The notes under the pieces were generated by a model that saw only the letters and a program-made list of their open reading frames with translations, was not told the DNA's origin and did no database searches. DNA of 64,000 nt from Chitinophagales bacterium. GTDB taxonomy: Bacteria; Bacteroidota; Bacteroidia; Chitinophagales; JADIYW01. Both the position numbers and the translations under genes were made by a program. The stretch spans positions 10,901-74,900 of the forward strand of contig JBGAWK010000004.1 of the NCBI GenBank assembly GCA_044227665.1. Direction: 5' to 3'. Shown here piece after piece: positions 58,803 through 64,000 of this stretch (within the stretch, counting starts at the first letter, position 1; the number at the start of each line of letters is the position of its first letter).

Positions 58803-60162
58803 ATGTCTGTAGTCTTGTCCAATACGGAGCAACATATTTTCAGAAAGATTAGTGAATCTGCTAAATCTATAGGTGTAGATGCATACGCAGTAGGAGGTTT
58901 TGTTCGCGACAAAATTTTAGGACGAGGCTGCAAGGATATAGATATAGTATGCAATGGGAATGGCATAGATTTGGCAAAAAAATCAGCAAAAAGTTTAGGA
59001 GATTCCTTTCAAGTCAATTATTTCAAAAATTTCGGCACTGCACAATTTACATATAGAGGTATAGATATAGAATTTGTAGGAGCCCGAAAAGAGTCCTACA
59101 ACCGAGATAGCAGAAAACCCATAGTAGAGGAAGGTACCCTATATGACGATCAACTACGTAGAGATTTTACTATCAACACCCTATCTATATCACTCCATGA
59201 GAAAGATTTTGGTGCTATCATAGATCCCTTTAATGGCATAGAAGACATTCAAAATAAAATTATCCGCACACCTCAAGATCCTCTAGTAACCTTTGACGAT
59301 GATCCACTGCGTATGCTGAGAGCTATACGTTTTGCCTCGCAACTGGGCTTCAAAATAGAACAAAATACCTATAAGGCTATAGCTCCACTTGCCGAAAGAT
59401 TGAGAATAATATCACAAGAGCGCATCACCGCTGAATTACAGAAGATAGTTGCTTCTCCGACACCCTCGATTGGCTTCAAGCATCTGTTTAACACCCAACT
59501 CCTGCATCAATTCTTTCCCGAAATGGTGGCACTGCAAGGCGTAGAGGTCATAGATAAATATGCTCATAAAGATAATTTTTACCACACACTGAAGGTTTTA
59601 GACAACGTAGCCAAATATTCTGACAATATTTGGCTACGATGGGCTGCCATATTACATGATATTGCCAAGCCACTCACGCAGAAATTTGAGGAAGGTCACG
59701 GCTGGACATTTCATGGACATGAAGCATTAGGGGCAAAGATTACGCCTAAGATTTTTAATAGATTAAAACTCCCAACCGATGAGCGTATGCGCTATGTACA
59801 AAAGTTAGTAGCCCTACACTTGTCTCGATGATCTTCTACTGCTATGTGAGGCAGATATTACTTCTAAAAATGAAGAGAAAGTAAAACGCTATATCCATAA
59901 TCTACAATTAGTAAAACAAAAAATTGAAGAAGTAGAAGCAAGAGATCATATAAAAAATTGGCAACCACCCATCAGTGGTGAACTCATAATGGAAACTTTT
60001 GGCATAAAACCCTCTAAAGAAGTTGGAGTCATAAAAAACAGCATCAAAGATGCTATACTTGATGGAATTATTCCTAATGAATATTCAGCAGCATACCATC
60101 TTATGATTACCAAAGGCAATGAGCTAAATCTAAAATTACTGAACAAAATGGCCTCAAAATAA
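58803..60162 (+). CDS. cca: CCA tRNA nucleotidyltransferase with HD domain; internal deletion/frameshift at about 59820 (artefact or pseudogene)
   Basis: VGGFVRD, DID, RRDFTIN, DDPLRMLR, LHDIAKP; C-terminus (LDDLLLLCEADITSKN...WQPPISG..IPNE) continues in the +1 frame to TAA 60162. Confidence 0.85.
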
Positions 60163-60262
60163 ATTCCCTAGTTATCACATATTAGTAGAATTTTGAAAAC
60201 ATAATAAAGAAAAATAACATCTGTTAATTCCTATAAAAATTTACTTTTATAAAAATTTCTTC

Positions 60263-60790
60263 ATGAAAAATTGGATAATAACATTTTTAACGATAACGAT
60301 TTTTACTTTCTGTAAAAATGAAAAACTGCCGCAATGTGATAGCATATCAAATGTCTCATTGGGAAATATCACCAAAAAACATGCTAAACTTCAAGCCCAA
60401 GTTCATATATCAAACCCCGACAAAGAAAAGTCTTTTACATTAAAAAATATTACATTAGATATACATATTAATGGCATAGAATCCGGCACTTTGGTTGCCG
60501 TTACGCCAAAAGATGTTTCTGCCGGAGCAAAGCTTACTATGCCTGTTAGCTATGTATTGAACACAGAGGATTTCGTAAATCAAGATGATATAAATGGACA
60601 GTACAATATAGATTTCAAAGGCTCGATGACCCTAAAAGATATATCTTCAGGAGATTTGATAGAAGTACCTATTCACAAAGCAGAAACTATTACGGTAAAT
60701 ATCAAGAAGATAGAAAAACAAGAAGAAAAATCATCAAAAAAAGCGAGCAGGCAAGAACGAAAGGCTTTAAAAAAGGAAAATCGTCAGTAG
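60263..60790 (+). CDS. LEA_2/WHy-like lipoprotein
   Basis: Lipobox-like FTFC; 'ISNP....TL..ITLDIHING..SG' pattern. Confidence 0.65.
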   Translation: MKNWIITFLTITIFTFCKNEKLPQCDSISNVSLGNITKKHAKLQAQVHISNPDKEKSFTLKNITLDIHINGIESGTLVAVTPKDVSAGAKLTMPVSYVLNTEDFVNQDDINGQYNIDFKGSMTLKDISSGDLIEVPIHKAETITVNIKKIEKQEEKSSKKASRQERKALKKENRQ

Positions 60791-60816
60791 GCACAAAAAT
60801 TGTATTACCATAGCTT

Positions 60817-61293
60817 ATGAAGAACTTAAAAGGATTGACATTAATCATTCTGCTTTCATCTATTACTCCTGCTGCAATGGGAGTAGAAGAGTCTCCATAC
60901 TTTGTAAAAATGAAAGATGTAAAACTCAAATCATTATCTTTCAGCGAGTTAAATATCAACTCACAGGCAGTATTTTTTAACACTTATAATGCCAAGGCAA
61001 AGCTAACAGAAGTTTCTATAGATATATATGTAGAAAATAAATTTATAGGCACTGTAACTCAGACTGAGGATGTAGATATTCCTAAAAAAAGTGCTTTTGA
61101 CATCCCTATAAATATTGCCGCCAAGACTTCTTCCTCTATAGGCAGTGTCTTTTGGCAAGGCGGAAGGATGGTATTTGGCAAGACGGTAGAGATAAAATTT
61201 GAAGGCTACATCAAAATAAAAGCACTAAATTTCGTACCGTTGAAGATACCTATATCCTCTACAGAATATTATAGTCTTAAAGATATATTATGA
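60817..61293 (+). CDS. LEA_2/WHy-like secreted protein
   Basis: Signal peptide; 'FFN..N.KAKL....IDIYVEN..IG......IP.KSAF.IPI'. Confidence 0.65.
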   Translation: MKNLKGLTLIILLSSITPAAMGVEESPYFVKMKDVKLKSLSFSELNINSQAVFFNTYNAKAKLTEVSIDIYVENKFIGTVTQTEDVDIPKKSAFDIPINIAAKTSSSIGSVFWQGGRMVFGKTVEIKFEGYIKIKALNFVPLKIPISSTEYYSLKDIL

Positions 61294-62223
61294 CAATTTA
61301 TTTGTCATAATATATCGTACTTGGGCAACATCTTCATGTATAGCTGAAATCATCAATTCTAGACTGCCAAACTTTTTATCTTCCCTAATCTGATCATATA
61401 GTATTAGATTAACTTCTTCTCCATAGATATCACCTTCAAAATCTAATATATATACCTCTATACGCAAATCTCGTGATTCGGTAACAGTAGGGCGATAGCT
61501 GATACTCAATGCTCCCATATACATTCCGCCAGCTACTTCAACTATGCACGCATATACACCTAGTGCCGGGATAAGCTTATGCTTAGAAACAGCAATATTG
61601 GCGGTAGGAAATCCTATAGTGCGACCTAATTTATCACCATGAACTACATTTCCCTTAATCGTATAAGGATGTGCCAATAAGGTATTGGCTTCATTAATAT
61701 TTCCTTGCATCACCGCCTGCCGTACTTTGGTAGAACTTACAGAAATATCATCAATAGTCTGCGCCGGAATTTCTTCTACCTTATAGTGATAATGCTCTGC
61801 GTACTGCTGTAATAACTGCATATCTCCTCTCCTATCCCTCCCATATCTATGGTCATATCCCACTACAATATATGAAGGGTGAAAATTCTCCACTAGAATC
61901 TTAGAAATATATTCTTCAGCATCTATAGAGGCAAACTGTTTTGTAAAAGGCATAATAACAACATGGTCTATACCTATTTTAGCTAGCAACTCCAACTTTT
62001 CTTCTAGCGTAGATATAAGAAATAAAGGGTTGTGAGGATAAAGTACCAATCTAGGATGAGGTAAAAAAGTGAGCAATATGCTCTCACCTCCTATTTCTTC
62101 TGCAAGATGTTGGATTCTGTTGAGGATAAACTTATGTCCCAAATGCACTCCGTCATAAGTGCCTATAGTAAGCACGGCATTTTTGAATTCAGGCAATTCT
62201 TCTACACCCCTATGTATCTTCAT
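61288..62223 (-). CDS. ribF: Bifunctional riboflavin kinase/FAD synthetase
   Basis: GTYDGVHLGH, VSSTKVR, GRTIGFPTAN, GVY, E.Y. Confidence 0.96.
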   Translation of the reverse strand: MKIHRGVEELPEFKNAVLTIGTYDGVHLGHKFILNRIQHLAEEIGGESILLTFLPHPRLVLYPHNPLFLISTLEEKLELLAKIGIDHVVIMPFTKQFASIDAEEYISKILVENFHPSYIVVGYDHRYGRDRRGDMQLLQQYAEHYHYKVEEIPAQTIDDISVSSTKVRQAVMQGNINEANTLLAHPYTIKGNVVHGDKLGRTIGFPTANIAVSKHKLIPALGVYACIVEVAGGMYMGALSISYRPTVTESRDLRIEVYILDFEGDIYGEEVNLILYDQIREDKKFGSLELMISAIHEDVAQVRYIMTNKLS

Positions 62224-62897
62224 TGCTTCTGTATAAAACTACATAATTCCTCTATGCTATGCGCATTTTCCACTTTATAATCACCTATAGCGGTACGTTG
62301 TAGTGCACGGAGGTAAGCTCCAGCATCTAATTTCTTCCCAAAGTCATGAGCTAGACTACGTATATAAGTTCCCTTACTACATAGTACAGAGAAATGTACT
62401 TCAGGAAGCTCCACTTTTTCTATATGAAACTCATAAATATGTATAATTTTAGGGCTGAGGATTACAGGCTTGCCTTTGCGTGCATATTCATAGGCATTCT
62501 TTCCCCCTACTTTTACCGCAGAATGGATAGGCGGTGTCTGCTGTTGTTCACCTATGAAAGTTTGTACCGTTTGGAGTATCAGTTGCTCATTTATGTGCGT
62601 AATATCGTAAGTGGCATCTATAGGCTGCTCTGTATCATAGCAGGGCGTAGTAGCACCCAAATGAAATATTCCCTTGTACCGCTTAGGCATATTTTGTATT
62701 TCTTCTATACGCTTGGTATTAGTACCCGTACATAAAATCAGTAATCCAGTAGCCTTGGGGTCTAATGTTCCAGCATGACCTATTTTTACCTTCATACCTT
62801 TGTTTTTGAGGGCATATTTTATCTTGTTGACTACGTCAAAAGAAGTCCAATCCAAAGGCTTATCTACACACCATATATTGTCATAAGTTATGGCCAT
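62220..62897 (-). CDS. truB: tRNA pseudouridine(55) synthase
   Basis: DKP..WTS, GHAGTLDP.ATG, CSKGTYIRSL. Confidence 0.96.
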   Translation of the reverse strand: MAITYDNIWCVDKPLDWTSFDVVNKIKYALKNKGMKVKIGHAGTLDPKATGLLILCTGTNTKRIEEIQNMPKRYKGIFHLGATTPCYDTEQPIDATYDITHINEQLILQTVQTFIGEQQQTPPIHSAVKVGGKNAYEYARKGKPVILSPKIIHIYEFHIEKVELPEVHFSVLCSKGTYIRSLAHDFGKKLDAGAYLRALQRTAIGDYKVENAHSIEELCSFIQKQ

Positions 62898-63685
62898 TAT
62901 AATATGGCCATTTTTACGTGCAACAAATGTAAAATGATAATGATACCACCCAATACTATCCTATAATATCCCCACGGCTTAAAGCCATAACGTGTAAGTA
63001 ATCCAATAAATGATTTTATAGCCAAAATTCCTACGACAAAGGCTACAAAATTCCCTAATGCCAGTATAGGTAGTTGCTCTAAGGTTATAGCCTCTCTATA
63101 GGAATACAATGACTTTGCCGTAGCTGCAAACATCGTAGGCACTGCCAAAAAGAAGGAAAACTCCGCAGCATTCTTTCTATTCAATCCCTGAAACTGTCCT
63201 CCTATTATCGTTGCTGCCGACCTTGACACGCCCGGAACCATTGCAACAACCTGAAATAACCCTATTTTTATAGCTTCCATATAAGTAGGTTTATCCTCTT
63301 GCTGCAACTGCTCATTTTTAATAAAGTAAGCATCTATAAACAGAAAAACTATACCCCCTACTAAAAGTGCGATGCCTACAGCCAAAACATTTTCCAACAA
63401 TTTGTCTATGATATCGCTAAATAATACTCCAAAAAACACGGCAGGTAGAAATGCGACAAATAACTTAATATAAAAAGTGATATTCTGAAAAAATCTTTTG
63501 AAATATAATACCACAACAGAAAGTATGCAGCCCAACTGTATCGCTACTGTAAAGAGCTTAACAAAATCAGTAGGCTTTATACCCATTACGGCACTACCTA
63601 TCATCATGTGCCCTGTAGAAGAAACGGGCAAAAACTCGGTAAGACCTTCAATAACGCCTAAAACAATAGCCTCTAAGGTGGTCAT
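62897..63685 (-). CDS. uppP: Undecaprenyl-diphosphate phosphatase
   Basis: [26 protein letters not shown]. Confidence 0.96.
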   Translation of the reverse strand: MTTLEAIVLGVIEGLTEFLPVSSTGHMMIGSAVMGIKPTDFVKLFTVAIQLGCILSVVVLYFKRFFQNITFYIKLFVAFLPAVFFGVLFSDIIDKLLENVLAVGIALLVGGIVFLFIDAYFIKNEQLQQEDKPTYMEAIKIGLFQVVAMVPGVSRSAATIIGGQFQGLNRKNAAEFSFFLAVPTMFAATAKSLYSYREAITLEQLPILALGNFVAFVVGILAIKSFIGLLTRYGFKPWGYYRIVLGGIIIILHLLHVKMAIL

Positions 63686-63693
63686 CTATGCAA

Positions 63694-63984
63694 TCAGTTA
63701 CGAGGCTTGATAAGTATGCCTGCGGCAATCACTAAAAACCCTGCTGTTATCGTAATAGGTGCTAGCGTTATTCTTCTAAAAGAATATACAGCCTCAGCAT
63801 CAAACACTTTTGGGTCTGTACTTGCCCCTCCTGACATAAAAATAAATCCTAATAGAATCAATACTGCACCAATTCCCATAAGCAGATAATTATTTTTTGC
63901 AAAGAGTATCTCTTCATCTCTAGCAAAGTCAAAAATTCCAGATTTCCCCTCATTCTTCTTAGATACAGGGGCTACTTTTGCCAC
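63694..63984 (-). CDS. DUF3098 membrane protein
   Basis: F.K.NY.LM.IG...GF..MSGG.S.DP..F....SFRRITLAP; upstream of uppP. Confidence 0.85.
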   Translation of the reverse strand: MAKVAPVSKKNEGKSGIFDFARDEEILFAKNNYLLMGIGAVLILLGFIFMSGGASTDPKVFDAEAVYSFRRITLAPITITAGFLVIAAGILIKPRN

Positions 63985-64000
63985 TTTCTGTGGCTGTGAG

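Noticed and set aside
59811-59835. Programmed frameshift in cca
   Set aside because: No slippery sequence, and a conserved segment appears to be missing, so a deletion explains it better
2186-63889. Numerous 60-160 aa antisense or nested ORFs in the ORF track
   Set aside because: They are shadows of well-supported genes and carry no recognisable motifs

Overview
AT-rich, gene-dense bacterial chromosomal window. It is almost certainly Bacteroidota, probably Chitinophagales-like, judging by TAnnTTTG promoters, a T9SS cargo protein and conserved Bacteroidota gene neighbourhoods. Most of it is housekeeping: Phe/Tyr operon, holA, dnaE, clpC, rimO, fbp, gpsA, ribF-truB-uppP and tRNA-His. Items the ORF track misses or does not explain: (1) a 13-codon Phe/Tyr leader peptide (MYRQFFYSFYFFS) with a complete attenuator in front of the pheA-aminotransferase-tyrA-DAHPS/CM operon; (2) a five-gene putative copper operon (Cys-motif/Pro-Pro uORF, CDICGC barrel, His/Met lipoprotein, MbnP, MbnH) with a stem-loop placed as in CruR/CutF ribosome-stalling switches; (3) an IS3 scar joining a CxxCH gene fragment to a vanadium-haloperoxidase-like tail; (4) a 1494-aa T9SS protein with five 4-Cys repeats; (5) a tRNA-His with tandem U-U acceptor-stem mismatches, and a CCA-adding enzyme gene with an internal deletion/frameshift; (6) a rhodanese cluster next to copA; (7) several promoters only 4-6 nt from start codons. 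No CRISPR array, prophage or intact mobile element was seen. All family calls come from motif recognition by eye, not from database searches.
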